Shown: positions 46,012 to 54,672 of the stretch, piece after piece | Layout: each line of letters starts with the position of its first letter | How positions within the stretch are numbered: the first letter of the stretch is position 1 | Position numbers and translations under genes: made by a program | The notes under the pieces: model-generated | What the model was told of the DNA's origin: nothing | Database searches by the model: none | What the model saw: only the letters and a program-made list of their open reading frames with translations | DNA from: an uncultured Candidatus Saccharibacteria bacterium | GTDB lineage: Bacteria; Patescibacteriota; Minisyncoccia; Minisyncoccales; Staskawiczbacteraceae | Assembly (NCBI GenBank): GCA_964427585.1 | Contig: CAYRVC010000004.1 | Coordinates: 163-64,162, forward strand | Reading direction: 5' to 3' | Length of the DNA stretch: 64,000 bases

Positions 46012-47751
46012 ATGGAGTTCAAGAGTGTTTGGCAATTTGAGGCAGTTATCATGCAATTCACTTTAAACAGGAAAAGTTTTTTATTTTTTTTGGTTTTTAC
46101 AGTATCGTTCTCTTATTTGTTTTTAAATTTTGACATCCCAAACTTCGTAAAATTCGCCATGACTAAAATAACGGCCGAAGAGGCGGTTTTTTATGTCAGC
46201 CCCGGCGGAAGCGATTCCAATCCGGGAACTTCGGCAAAGCCGTTGAAAACAATCCAGAAAGCCGTGGATTTAGCCCAGCCCGGCGGAACTGTTTATTTAA
46301 TGCCCGGAAATTATTTCCAGGATTTGGTTTCTGCCAGGAACGGCCTGGTTTCAGCTCCCATAAAAATAACGGGTCCCGCTGATGCCGTAGTGAAAGGAGG
46401 AGGAAACGGCAGGGTAGCGCAGATAAGCCACGATTATATCGTGTTGTCAGGTTTTACAATAGACGGATTGCACGGCGATTCTGGCAAAGTGGAAGGCTAT
46501 AGGGATATGCTGGTATATGTTATGGGAACCGGGAACAAAGACGGAGTTAAAGGTTTTAAAATTTTGGGAATGAATATCAAAAACGCCCGGGGCGAATGCG
46601 TAAGGATGAAATATTTTTCTCATGACAACGAAATCGCCAATAATACGATACAAAACTGCGGAATCCAGGATTTCAGGTTTAATGGCGGCGGAAAAAACGG
46701 AGAAGGCATTTATATCGGCACGGCCCCCGAGCAATTATACAAGAATCCCACCCAGGACCTGGACGGCTCGAACAACAATTATATCCACCACAACGTCATT
46801 GAAACCAACGGCAACGAAGGAATAGACATCAAGGAAGGATCGAGCGGGAATATAATCGAGTACAATAAAATCAGCGGCCAGAAAGACCCTGAATCGGGCG
46901 GATTGGATTCTCGCGGGGATGGGAACATATTCAGGTATAATGAAGTTTCCAATTCCGCTGGCGCTGGCATAAGGTTTGGCGGAGACGTATATAAGGGCGT
47001 GGCTTACGGAAAAAACAACCAGGCCTACGGAAACAAAATTGTAAATAACAAATACGGACCTTTCAAGGTGCAGATTCTGCCCCAGGGAAAAATATGCGGC
47101 AATATCCTGCAGGGCAACGGAGATGATTACGGCAATTACGGTTCAAAAATAGATTTCACTTCTTCATGCGGCGGCGCGGCAGATCAAAACCCGCCTGTTT
47201 CCAATAATACTGATTCTGGCATTCTGGTTGACAGCAATAGCCACGCTGTTCCTCAATATAGCCAGATTCCTTTGACTGAGACAAATGCCAGCGCTTCTTA
47301 TTTGGTATGTTCGGGTTCCTCGTGCTCTGAAAAAGGCTTTGAGATTGTTCAGCGGCTTTTAGTGAAAGGAATAAATTCCAGCAGTTTTGACAACAGGGGT
47401 CCTGGATATGTTTGCAGTAACACCTTGGACGGAAGCCTGGATACCAGATGGTCGGCTTTCGGCTCTGGAGAATGGGTTGAGTATGACCTGGGGGACTTTA
47501 AAACGGTTGCTTTCCTTAAAATCGCTTTCCACAGGGGAGACCAGAGGCAGGGTAAATTTTATGTGGATGTTTCCGCCAACGGAAAAGACTGGACAAGGGC
47601 TTATATAGGGCAAAGCAAAGGCGACACTCTTTCATTGGCGAAATTCGATTTTACCGATATTTCGGCAAGATATGTCAGGGTAGTGGGAGAGGGCAATACT
47701 GAAAACCTGTGGAACAGTTTGACCGAAGTGCAGGTTTTCGGATTTAATTAA
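46012..47751 (+). CDS. secreted right-handed beta-helix (pectate-lyase-fold/DUF1565-like) protein with C-terminal F5/8 type C (discoidin) domain
   Basis: Signal/TM segment. FYVSPGGSDSNPGTSAKPLKTIQKAVDLAQPGGTVYLMPGNY, PbH1-like repeats (NGNEGIDIKEGSSGNIIEYNKISG), and C-terminal NTLDGSLDTRWSAFGSGEWVEYDLG...ARYVRVVGEGN. Confidence 0.8.
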   Translation: MEFKSVWQFEAVIMQFTLNRKSFLFFLVFTVSFSYLFLNFDIPNFVKFAMTKITAEEAVFYVSPGGSDSNPGTSAKPLKTIQKAVDLAQPGGTVYLMPGNYFQDLVSARNGLVSAPIKITGPADAVVKGGGNGRVAQISHDYIVLSGFTIDGLHGDSGKVEGYRDMLVYVMGTGNKDGVKGFKILGMNIKNARGECVRMKYFSHDNEIANNTIQNCGIQDFRFNGGGKNGEGIYIGTAPEQLYKNPTQDLDGSNNNYIHHNVIETNGNEGIDIKEGSSGNIIEYNKISGQKDPESGGLDSRGDGNIFRYNEVSNSAGAGIRFGGDVYKGVAYGKNNQAYGNKIVNNKYGPFKVQILPQGKICGNILQGNGDDYGNYGSKIDFTSSCGGAADQNPPVSNNTDSGILVDSNSHAVPQYSQIPLTETNASASYLVCSGSSCSEKGFEIVQRLLVKGINSSSFDNRGPGYVCSNTLDGSLDTRWSAFGSGEWVEYDLGDFKTVAFLKIAFHRGDQRQGKFYVDVSANGKDWTRAYIGQSKGDTLSLAKFDFTDISARYVRVVGEGNTENLWNSLTEVQVFGFN

Positions 47752-47769
47752 AGAATAACCGGGAAACTA

Positions 47770-47802
47770 AAAAACCCTTCGCATAAATGCGAAGGGTTTT
47801 TT
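47770..47802 (+). terminator. rho-independent terminator
   Basis: aaaaacccttcgca-taaa-tgcgaagggttttt. Confidence 0.75.
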
Positions 47803-47868
47803 AGTTTTCATTATTTATTAATTATAGTTTGGGTATCTTAAAATATAATTATAAATAATTTTTATCAC

Positions 47869-48402
47869 ATGGTGAAAAAAAATTTGTTTCCATTGGTGTC
47901 TCTTAATTTTTTTACAAAGAACAGGGACAATCTGAAAAAAATCGTCCTTGTGGGCGGGGCTTTCGATATTGTGCATATAGGCCACGTAAATCATTTGAAA
48001 AAAGCCAAATCAATGGGGGACACTTTGGTTGTGCACATTACAAGCGACAAAAGGGTGAGGGAGAAGAAAGGACCTGGCAGGCCGATATTTTCAGTAAGGC
48101 AGAGGGCTTTGCTGGTTTCTTCCATAAGGTTTGTTGACTATGTATTCATATATAATGGCAGGCATTACGACCCCCAGGTCATTAAAAAAATAAGGCCGGA
48201 TATTATTTTTTTCAACAGAGAGGCTTACAGCGGGGAAATCGGGGAGGAAGTAAAAAAAATTGAAGGATTCAATGGCAGGGTGGTTGTAAGCAGGGAAAAA
48301 AAGATGAACAGCACCACTAAAATAGTTGAAACTATAAAGAACGGAAACGGCGAAACGCCGCATTTGGAAACAAACCATGACAAAGAAAATTTTAAAAATT
48401 AA
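47869..48402 (+). CDS. cytidylyltransferase-fold nucleotidyltransferase (RfaE domain II / TagD-like)
   Basis: KIVLVGGAFDIVHIGHVNHLKKAKSMGDTLVVHITSD (HxGH motif). Confidence 0.85.
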   Translation: MVKKNLFPLVSLNFFTKNRDNLKKIVLVGGAFDIVHIGHVNHLKKAKSMGDTLVVHITSDKRVREKKGPGRPIFSVRQRALLVSSIRFVDYVFIYNGRHYDPQVIKKIRPDIIFFNREAYSGEIGEEVKKIEGFNGRVVVSREKKMNSTTKIVETIKNGNGETPHLETNHDKENFKN

Positions 48403-49345
48403 AAAAATAAGCTATGGTAGGGTCGGGCTTCTGGGGAATCCCTCAGACCATTACGGCGGAAAATGCCTTAGCTTTACTTTTGACAAAAAAGCTGAAGTCA
48501 CCGTGCGTAACAGCTCAGAACTGGTTATTGAAGGTGGTAAAAAACGCGACCTGGATTTAAGCTACAACGGATCAAATGATTTGATTAAAGCGGTAATTAA
48601 AAATTTAAAATTAGAAAATAATAAATTTAAAATAACATATAAATCACAAATTCCTTTGGCCTCCGGCCTGGCGGGAAGTTCCGCCATTTCCGTGGCGGCG
48701 ATCAGGGCATTAAACGAATATTTTAATTTAAACCTAAATTCGTTTGAAATTGCTGAAAAATCCCGCATGGTTGAAATAGAAGAGCTCGGCAATTCTCTGG
48801 GTTTTCAGGACGGATATTCAACAGCTTTCGGTGGAGTTTTATTTATGGATTTTAAAAGTAAAACGGGCCATGGGAAATATTTTAAAAGCAGTTACGGCGT
48901 TGTTAAAAGAATTCCAATAAAAAGGATACCATGTTTTTTATGCTTATCTGGAGCGGTTAAAAAAAATTCCGGCGCCGTGCACGACTATGCAAAAGCAAAA
49001 TTTTTAAACGGAAATAAAAAAGAAAAAATGGAAATTAAAAATTATATGGGCAGCATCGCCGATTTGGCAGAACAGGGAATCAAGGCACTTGCTTTAAGGG
49101 ACTGGAAAAAGTTGGGATTTTTGATGAATAAAAATAGGGAACTGCGGGACCAGATTTATCCGGCCTTAGAAGAAGACAAAAAAGTCATTGAAACGGCGCT
49201 CGGCAGCGGGGCTTTGGGGGTGAAATTAACGGGAAGCGGCGGAGCAATCGCGGTTTTAACCGACGAACATGATTCAAAAAAAGTTTTCGAAAAAATGACA
49301 AAAAATTATTTCTGCTTCAAACCCAAAATTTCCAGTTATAATTGA
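48377..49345 (+). CDS. GHMP-family sugar kinase
   Basis: GHMP motif IPLASGLAGSSAISVAAIRAL and C-terminal GVKLTGSGGAIAVL. Overlaps the upstream gene by 26 nt. Confidence 0.8.
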   Translation: MTKKILKIKKISYGRVGLLGNPSDHYGGKCLSFTFDKKAEVTVRNSSELVIEGGKKRDLDLSYNGSNDLIKAVIKNLKLENNKFKITYKSQIPLASGLAGSSAISVAAIRALNEYFNLNLNSFEIAEKSRMVEIEELGNSLGFQDGYSTAFGGVLFMDFKSKTGHGKYFKSSYGVVKRIPIKRIPCFLCLSGAVKKNSGAVHDYAKAKFLNGNKKEKMEIKNYMGSIADLAEQGIKALALRDWKKLGFLMNKNRELRDQIYPALEEDKKVIETALGSGALGVKLTGSGGAIAVLTDEHDSKKVFEKMTKNYFCFKPKISSYN

Positions 49346-49433
49346 CACGCTGATATTGTTTTTTATTATAAATGTGTTATAAATATAAGAAAGCTCATTA
49401 AAAATTTATTGACTCCAGAAAAAGGAGGGAAAC

Positions 49434-50213
49434 GTGTCAAGAATAAAACTAATTTTAAGCGACATCGACGGATGTTTGTGCGGGGATATTTTTGATCTGG
49501 ATCAGCTGCGGATTATCAGGAATTATTGCCAAAAAGTTCAGCAAGATAAAAATCTCGCTCGCCTTTCTTTCGTGACGGGCAGGGGCGGGGAATACGTTGA
49601 CTGTTTGGTCAGGGTTCTTAATGCTTTTACGCCGGAGAATTTTCCATGCATTGTTGAAAACGGATCTTTTTTATTTAAACCAAGGGGCAGGATTTATATT
49701 CCCCATTATGCTCTTTCAGGCAAAGAAGAATTAATTTCCCGGGCGCGGGAGATGGTTGTCCCTTTGGTAAAAAAGGGCAGGGCCAGGTTCATAGAAGGAA
49801 AATCGGCAAGTATTTCTCTTATGCCCGTAAAACCGGATGCTACAACGGAAAAACTGGCGAAAGAAATAATTGCTTTGTTCCAAAGAGATTTTCTAAAAAA
49901 ATTATTTATTGCCTTTTCCACTACCGCGGTGGACATAACCGTGGCGGGCATAGATAAAGGATCATGCCTGAAGTTTTTGTGCAAAAAAGAAAGGATTTTA
50001 ATTGACGAAGTTTTGGCAATAGGAGATTCACAAGGAGACATTCCTATTTTAAAAATAGCCGGGGCGCCAACATGCCCGGCAAACGCAACAGAAGAAGTAA
50101 AACACCTGGTTAGAAAAAGAAACGGCTATGTGGCGAAAAATTCTTTTGCTTTCGGCGTTGTGGAAATACTTTTAAAGCATGATTTTGTGAAACCCGAAGG
50201 GAGGACGAGATGA
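49434..50213 (+). CDS. HAD-IIB-type sugar phosphatase
   Basis: GTG start. Motif I LILSDIDGCL and motif IV AIGDSQGDIPILK. Confidence 0.7.
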   Translation: MSRIKLILSDIDGCLCGDIFDLDQLRIIRNYCQKVQQDKNLARLSFVTGRGGEYVDCLVRVLNAFTPENFPCIVENGSFLFKPRGRIYIPHYALSGKEELISRAREMVVPLVKKGRARFIEGKSASISLMPVKPDATTEKLAKEIIALFQRDFLKKLFIAFSTTAVDITVAGIDKGSCLKFLCKKERILIDEVLAIGDSQGDIPILKIAGAPTCPANATEEVKHLVRKRNGYVAKNSFAFGVVEILLKHDFVKPEGRTR

Positions 50214-50647
50214 AATACGGATTGTCTGTCTGCGCCATTACGAAAAAATACGACCTTATTTTGATGAAGCAATCAAAATATGGAAATGATCTTGAATTTC
50301 CAGCAGGAGTTTTCGATACCAGCAATGAAAGTGAAATAAAATTTATGGCGAAGAGCTTGGTTGAGAACACGGGCTACAAAACTGATCAGGTTAAGGTTTA
50401 TAAACCAAGCTATTTCATGCCAATATACGCGCTGGCGGAGTTTTCCGCCGTGGCGGTTGGGTGTGAATTTATCTGTCAAAAATTAGATGACCCGGAGCGG
50501 GGGATAAAAGTGGTTGAGATGCCCCAGGAGGAATTCTTCCGCCTTATTCTGGACGGAACAATTATTTCAGCTTCCACGAAAATCACCGCGTTTATGGCGC
50601 TTGCCCACGCTGATATTTCTTTAAAACACTTGATTTCTTTTCCATAA
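50210..50647 (+). CDS. hypothetical protein, degenerate Nudix-like fold (weak)
   Basis: 4-nt overlap with the upstream gene. LEFPAGVFDTSNESEIKFMAKSLVENTGY loosely resembles a Nudix box lacking the REUxEE core. Confidence 0.4.
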   Translation: MKYGLSVCAITKKYDLILMKQSKYGNDLEFPAGVFDTSNESEIKFMAKSLVENTGYKTDQVKVYKPSYFMPIYALAEFSAVAVGCEFICQKLDDPERGIKVVEMPQEEFFRLILDGTIISASTKITAFMALAHADISLKHLISFP

Positions 50648-50863
50648 CCAAAACAATAATTACGCAAAAAACAGGCCGCTTTTCAAGATAAAAGAGGCTT
50701 TTTTTTGCCAAAATTTGTCAAGAAACAGGGAAAAATAAAAATTAATAAAATTTTAATTAACATAATTTTAACCAACGATTATTTAATATGAAGCCAGCAC
50801 ATTCAAGGAACACAAAACTTTTCTGCAATCTTTTCTGAAGTCTTTTCTCAAAGGGAGAAAGTT

Positions 50864-51814
50864 ATGAAAGTGGCGGTAATTGGCAGTGGAGTCGTAGGTC
50901 AGGCAACGGGCAAAGGTTTTGCCACGCAGGGCCACGAGGTGGTTTTTTCAGACGTCAGCTTGGAAATTCTGGTGAAATTGAGGAAAGACGGATTCCAAAC
51001 CTGTTTTCCGGAATTCCTTTCAGAGAAAGGAGAACAATACGATGTTTTCTTTTTATCGGTCTGCACGCCCACGGTGGCTGGCAGGATATTTTTAAACCAT
51101 TTGAAAGACGCAACGGAGGAACTGGGGCAGGGAGCCCTGCGAAAAAACGACAGGTATTGCGTGGTAAGCCCCAGGTCCACGCTTCCGCCGGGCACCACCG
51201 AGGATTTCTTAATTCCCATCCTGGAAAAGAATTCAGGAAAAAAAGCCGGCCGAGACTTCGGCGTGTGTTTTAACCCGGAGTATCTTCGGGAAAAAACAGC
51301 CGGAGAAGATTTCCGGCATCCCTGGCTCGTGGTCATAGGCGAGTTGGACCAAAGGTCAGGCAAGGTTCTGGAAGAACTTTACGACTGGGTCGAGTGTCCG
51401 GTTGAACATACGTCTTTGGCGGAAGCCGAAGCCGAAAAGTATGTTCATAACGTTTTCAACGCGGCCAAGATCGCGTTTTTCAATGAGATGAGGCAAGCCC
51501 TGCAAAAGCGGGGCGGCATGGACGTGAACAAAGTTTTCCGGCTGGTGGCCAGGAGCGCGGAAGGATGCTGGAACCCGATGTACGGCCTGAAGGATTTCGG
51601 TCCGTTTGACGGCAGTTGTCTGCCCAAAGACACAATGGCGTTTCTCACATGGGCGGAGGAAGAATTGGAGATGGATCTTCCTATTCTGAGGACCACGATA
51701 GAAGAAAACCGGGCGTTGAGTCAAAGGATTGCCAGCAAAAAAGGCAATGGAAAATGCAACGGAAGGCCGTTGGCCAGGGTGGCGCAGGAACTGGCATCGG
51801 CGCCGACCGTTTGA
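50864..51814 (+). CDS. UDP-glucose/GDP-mannose dehydrogenase family protein (short; C-terminal nucleotide-sugar domain apparently absent)
   Basis: MKVAVIGSGVVGQATGKGF (Rossmann), NPEYLREKTAGEDFRHP, and the catalytic-Cys region GSCLPKDT. The gene is visibly more G+C-rich than its flanks, with many long spurious ORFs in other frames. Confidence 0.7.
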   Translation: MKVAVIGSGVVGQATGKGFATQGHEVVFSDVSLEILVKLRKDGFQTCFPEFLSEKGEQYDVFFLSVCTPTVAGRIFLNHLKDATEELGQGALRKNDRYCVVSPRSTLPPGTTEDFLIPILEKNSGKKAGRDFGVCFNPEYLREKTAGEDFRHPWLVVIGELDQRSGKVLEELYDWVECPVEHTSLAEAEAEKYVHNVFNAAKIAFFNEMRQALQKRGGMDVNKVFRLVARSAEGCWNPMYGLKDFGPFDGSCLPKDTMAFLTWAEEELEMDLPILRTTIEENRALSQRIASKKGNGKCNGRPLARVAQELASAPTV

Positions 51815-51844
51815 GTCGGAAAAGGAGGTGTTCTAAAAGGCAAT

Positions 51845-51930
51845 AGAAAGAGATGGCCCGCTAAAAAAAAGCATCATCCCCTTGAGGACGATGTGCTCCT
51901 GCGGGCTATCTCTTTCTCTTTTTTCTTTTT
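51845..51930 (+). terminator. long hairpin plus T-runs after the dehydrogenase gene
   Basis: agaaagagatggcccgc (51845-61) pairs with gcgggctatctctttct (51901-17) with 1 mismatch, followed by cttttttctttttt. Confidence 0.55.
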
Positions 51931-51951
51931 TAAAAAATAAATATTCTAAAA

Positions 51952-54606
51952 ATGACTGACTTAAATTCAATAATAAATTATCTTCCGGTGGCGCTGCTTT
52001 ATTTTCCTTTGGGGATGATAGGCATTACCCGCTGGGTAATTTGGCTTATAAAAAAAACAGCTTCTTTCTATTACAAACCAATAAGAGGAAGAGGCGGCAA
52101 TTTCACTTTTTCCGTTATTACCGCCGTATATAATGAAAAGCCCAGGATATTTGAAAAAGCCATATATTCCTGGAGGCGCAATTCTCCAGATGAAATAATC
52201 GCTGTCATAGATTATACAGATAAGGTGAATATTGCAATATTCAAGGAATTTTCGAAAACTTTTAAAAACACGGTGCTGGTGGTTACCAAGACCCCCGGCA
52301 AAAGGCCGGCGCTGGCTGAAGGCATAAAAATTTCAAAATGCGACATTCTGGCTTTGACCGACAGCGACACGATTTGGGATGACGATTTGCGAGAAGCAGT
52401 AATTTCTCCGTTTTCAGACCCCATGGTCGGCGGAGTGGCAACCAGGCAGGAGGTTTTATTTCCCAAAACAGTCGCCCAGAAATTATTTAACATCCATTTG
52501 AGCAACCGGTATTTCAACGAATTCCCGTTTCTTGCCGCAACCGGAAACGCTCTGACCTGCCTTTCGGGAAGGACGGCAGTTTACCGAAGGAAGGCAATCA
52601 TCGGCGTTGTTGAAGAAATGGTCAATGAAAAGTTTTTGGGCGATTATTGCATAAGCGGGGAAGACAAATCCCTTACGGGCCTGGTGCAGAAACACGGATG
52701 GAAAACCAAATATTTGATGGATATTGCCGTAAAAACTTCCGGAGAGCCGGATTTGCCCACGTTTTTCAAACAGCAGATAAGATGGGCGAGAAACAGCTGG
52801 AGGGCCGACTTGAAATACCTTTTCAGCTTTTGGATCTGGCGCAGGGAAAAAATATTGGCTCTTTATATAATAGACCGCTTTATTCAGCCTTTTGTGCTAT
52901 TTTTCGGCCCTATGTATTTCCTTTTGGCTATATTTTTAGAGCATTGGGCGGCGGTTATAGCAATATTCGCTTTTTGGATATTCAGCCGGGCGGTCAAAAC
53001 CTTCCCCCATTTAAGGCGCCATCCCGTTGATATTGCCATTTTGCCCATTTATGTTTTTTTCACCTATCTTATGGCTTTCATAAAAATATACGCTCTTTTT
53101 ACGCTGAGAGACCAGGGGTGGATTACCCGCTGGGATAAAAAACGCTTCAAACGTTCAGGCAGATTGAGCTCGGCTTTGGGGTATGCGGCGACCTTGCTGA
53201 CTGTTGTTTTGATAGGAACGGCGGTGGCTGGCTACAGCAGGCAGGAATTTGTGGCAGGCGTTTCCCAAAGCGGGATATTTGCCAAAAATAGCGAAAAAAA
53301 TATTCCGATAAAATCGGTTAATGAAGAAAAAAAAATATCCGAGGCTGAGCTGGCCATCCACAGAAACAATATTTTAGCAAACATAGCCGGCAGCAGCCAG
53401 GGTTTTTATGTGATAAAAAAGGGGGATACATTTTGGGATATTGCCAAAAAATACAACAGCGACGTAGGCGAGATTATAAAAGCCAATAAAAATAGGATTC
53501 AAAATCCCAATTTGATTTCGGCCGGCCAGCAAATAGTGGTTCCTGTTTCAGAGCTTTCAAAAACTCCGGAAAAATATGTTTCGCTCAAGGCTACATTAAT
53601 AGAATACGACAAGGCTGAAAATATTATCAGCATAAAGGGCGGATCGATAACCATTCCTGTTATTTATGAATTGTTAAAGCAGGAAGAAGTTGTCGTTCCC
53701 CTTGGAGAAAAGCAGTGGCTGTTGAAAGCCAATATTTCAATATCCAAAGGGGCGGGCCTTGTTATTGATGAAAATATTTCCTGGCTGAAGCTTAAAAGCG
53801 ACAAAACAGGATTTGTTTACATAAAAGCCGAAAATGGAAACATAGGCATTCGCAATACAAAAATAACATCATGGGACGAGTCACTAAAAGAGCCTGACAG
53901 GAATTACTCTGACGGCAGAAGCTTTATATTATCAAAAAACAACGGCAGAATGGATGTGATAAATTCCGAAGTGGCGTATTTGGGCTACAATTCGAACAGC
54001 AAGGAGCTGGCCGGGGAATACGGATTAAGCTGGAAAATTTCCGGCGACAAATTAAAAGATAATTTGATAGCAGGCGCCATTTTGAACAGCAAATCGCACG
54101 ATAATTATTACGGGGCTTATATATACGGCGCCACGGGCATTATTGCTGAAAAAAACGAATTTTACAATAACATAGAATATGGGATTTCTTTCTTCGGCGA
54201 ATCCAATAATTCAACCGTAATGAACAATTATGTTTACTATAACGGCAGACACGGGGTCATTTTAAGCGGAGGGTCTTTCAATAATATTGTTTCTGAAAAT
54301 TACATAGTGGGAAACAAAATCAACGGCCTGGCTGTTTACCAGGAATCAAACAACAACCTGATAAGCCTGAACATCATACATCAGAATACGGACGGGGTGG
54401 CAGTGACGGAATCCTCCAATAATCTTTTTGAGAATAACGCGATAAAAAACAACAGCAGGGGTTTGCGCATAGGAGCTGGCTCTTTTGGCAATTATTTTAA
54501 AGACAACGACATATCTGAAAATAAAAACAGCCTGTTTTCCGATCCTAAAAGCAGTGATAACTTCATTGTTGAAAAGGACGTGGCGAAGGGCGGCTTAAAC
54601 ATTTAA
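51952..54606 (+). CDS. fusion protein: processive family-2 glycosyltransferase (synthase type) + TM region + LysM + C-terminal parallel beta-helix (PbH1) domain
   Basis: 884 aa. Has GT2 motifs (FSVITAVYNEK, LALTDSDTIWDDD), Q-x-x-RW as QQIRWARNSW (~52771-52785), multiple TMs, LysM YVIKKGDTFWDIAKKYNSDVGEIIKANKNRIQNPNLISAGQQIVVP (~53407-53544), and beta-helix repeats (NNYVYYNGRHGVILSGGSFNNIVSENYIVGNKINGLAVY...). Confidence 0.85.
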   Translation: MTDLNSIINYLPVALLYFPLGMIGITRWVIWLIKKTASFYYKPIRGRGGNFTFSVITAVYNEKPRIFEKAIYSWRRNSPDEIIAVIDYTDKVNIAIFKEFSKTFKNTVLVVTKTPGKRPALAEGIKISKCDILALTDSDTIWDDDLREAVISPFSDPMVGGVATRQEVLFPKTVAQKLFNIHLSNRYFNEFPFLAATGNALTCLSGRTAVYRRKAIIGVVEEMVNEKFLGDYCISGEDKSLTGLVQKHGWKTKYLMDIAVKTSGEPDLPTFFKQQIRWARNSWRADLKYLFSFWIWRREKILALYIIDRFIQPFVLFFGPMYFLLAIFLEHWAAVIAIFAFWIFSRAVKTFPHLRRHPVDIAILPIYVFFTYLMAFIKIYALFTLRDQGWITRWDKKRFKRSGRLSSALGYAATLLTVVLIGTAVAGYSRQEFVAGVSQSGIFAKNSEKNIPIKSVNEEKKISEAELAIHRNNILANIAGSSQGFYVIKKGDTFWDIAKKYNSDVGEIIKANKNRIQNPNLISAGQQIVVPVSELSKTPEKYVSLKATLIEYDKAENIISIKGGSITIPVIYELLKQEEVVVPLGEKQWLLKANISISKGAGLVIDENISWLKLKSDKTGFVYIKAENGNIGIRNTKITSWDESLKEPDRNYSDGRSFILSKNNGRMDVINSEVAYLGYNSNSKELAGEYGLSWKISGDKLKDNLIAGAILNSKSHDNYYGAYIYGATGIIAEKNEFYNNIEYGISFFGESNNSTVMNNYVYYNGRHGVILSGGSFNNIVSENYIVGNKINGLAVYQESNNNLISLNIIHQNTDGVAVTESSNNLFENNAIKNNSRGLRIGAGSFGNYFKDNDISENKNSLFSDPKSSDNFIVEKDVAKGGLNI

Positions 54607-54672
54607 ATAAAATTTAAACAGTTAGCGCGAAATTCAACGGCTCTGCCCTTGATATAAGCGGTAATCAAAAAC

